From NCBI GenBank assembly GCA_021432655.1, contig MU271254.1, positions 1 through 64,000 on the forward strand: 64,000 nucleotides of DNA. Reading direction: 5' to 3'. Of this stretch, positions 63,105 through 64,000 are shown piece by piece; position 1 is the stretch's first letter, and each line of letters begins with the position of its first letter. The DNA comes from Atractiella rhizophila. Taxonomy: Eukaryota. Below the pieces are notes generated by a model. That model was not told the origin of the DNA and did not search any database. It saw only the letters and a list, made by a program, of their open reading frames with translations. A program made the translations under genes and the position numbers.

Positions 63105-64000
63105 TCAAGTCTGCTCCGAATTCCGCTGATTAGGAGGAGGGTCGTTGGATGGTCCAACAGGTAACCGGAATCGCCCTCGTTGGTTTGGCTTTTGGCTTGT
63201 GCCGGGGAACACCTCTTTCTGACAGATGGGACAGCGCCCAGAGACAGCAAGCCAAGGATCAAGACAGTCTTTATGGAATCTGCACCAAAGTCAGCTTGCA
63301 GATGGCCAGCAGCTGTAACTTACGTGTGCTTGCAATCTAAGAGACGGAGCGGTTCGTATTCCGTCGTTGCCTCGCTCACGGGCTCGTAATCAATTAGGCA
63401 TATCGAGCAGGTGGCCTAAACATGCATGAGAGAGAAGAATTTGATTTATAGCAAGTGACCAACATTATCCGTATGAATCTCGTGAAAAGGATACGGTGGA
63501 GATTCCACGCTTCCGTTTTCCAGATTTTTATCCGACGAAGGACGTCGCCGTTTTTTGCCCTGGAAAAACCGCATGAAGCGCATAGTCTTCTTATAGCTGG
63601 CCGTAGACGGCCCAACGGTGGAGTTGGAGGGGTGCAAGGAGTCTGTAGTGGGGGGATAAGCCAGCCTATCAGAGGAAGGTTGACCACCGTCCTCGAGTGT
63701 TTGCGAAGATGGGTCACGCATTGGTTTGTATAGGACGAGTGGAATCCTGGCCTAATGGGTCAGAATGGGACAGCGAACTGATTTCAAGGCTTACTTGTCG
63801 ATAAGGTCTTGTGTCAATGGCCCAACACTTGGCTTCTTCTCGTAAAGACCGAAGAAACGAATCCCGATCTGTAACAGTTGAGCTCGACAGCCAGAAGTGG
63901 ACAGAACGTACGATAATCAAAGGCAAGAAGAATATTACACCAAATGCGATCAAGGCGAGCTCTGCGATGTAGAGATAACCGAATAGCAAAGCAGTAAGGC
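63105..64000 (-). CDS. Membrane-anchored RING-H2 E3 ligase (5' part lies outside the window)
   Basis: TM segment LFGYLYIAELALIAFGVIFFLPLIIV; spliced RING-H2 TCSICLIDY...LRLLDCKH|.FHKDCLDPWLAVSGRCPIC; stop at 63105. Confidence 0.85.

Overview
Gene-dense fungal genomic DNA. Short (~45-60 nt) introns, microexons and several GC-AG introns point to a basidiomycete; a Pucciniomycotina origin is plausible but is inference. About 26 spliced protein-coding genes can be read by hand, mostly conserved: amidase, URA3, LIM-RhoGAP, sterol O-acyltransferase, metacaspase, PMI, NUG1, a peroxisomal carrier, MUS81, F-box/RCC1, neutral ceramidase, TFIIIC tau95, SEC24, subtilisin, PAP2 x2, MVP1, COQ3, PP2A-B55 and a RING-H2 ligase. 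I recognised no rRNA, tRNA, CRISPR array or intact mobile element. The most unusual items are: (1) an FBP21/WBP4-like U1-type zinc-finger gene with an in-frame HMG box between its N- and C-terminal motifs; (2) a subtilisin with an in-frame ~730-bp internal duplication of the I9 prodomain plus half the catalytic domain; (3) an adjacent 1.84-kb tandem duplication of a PAP2 gene whose coding differences are all synonymous; (4) a metacaspase with a poly-acidic N-terminus beside a small secreted Cys-rich protein; (5) a stand-alone protein resembling a kexin prodomain. Exon boundaries were inferred by eye and no database searches were run.
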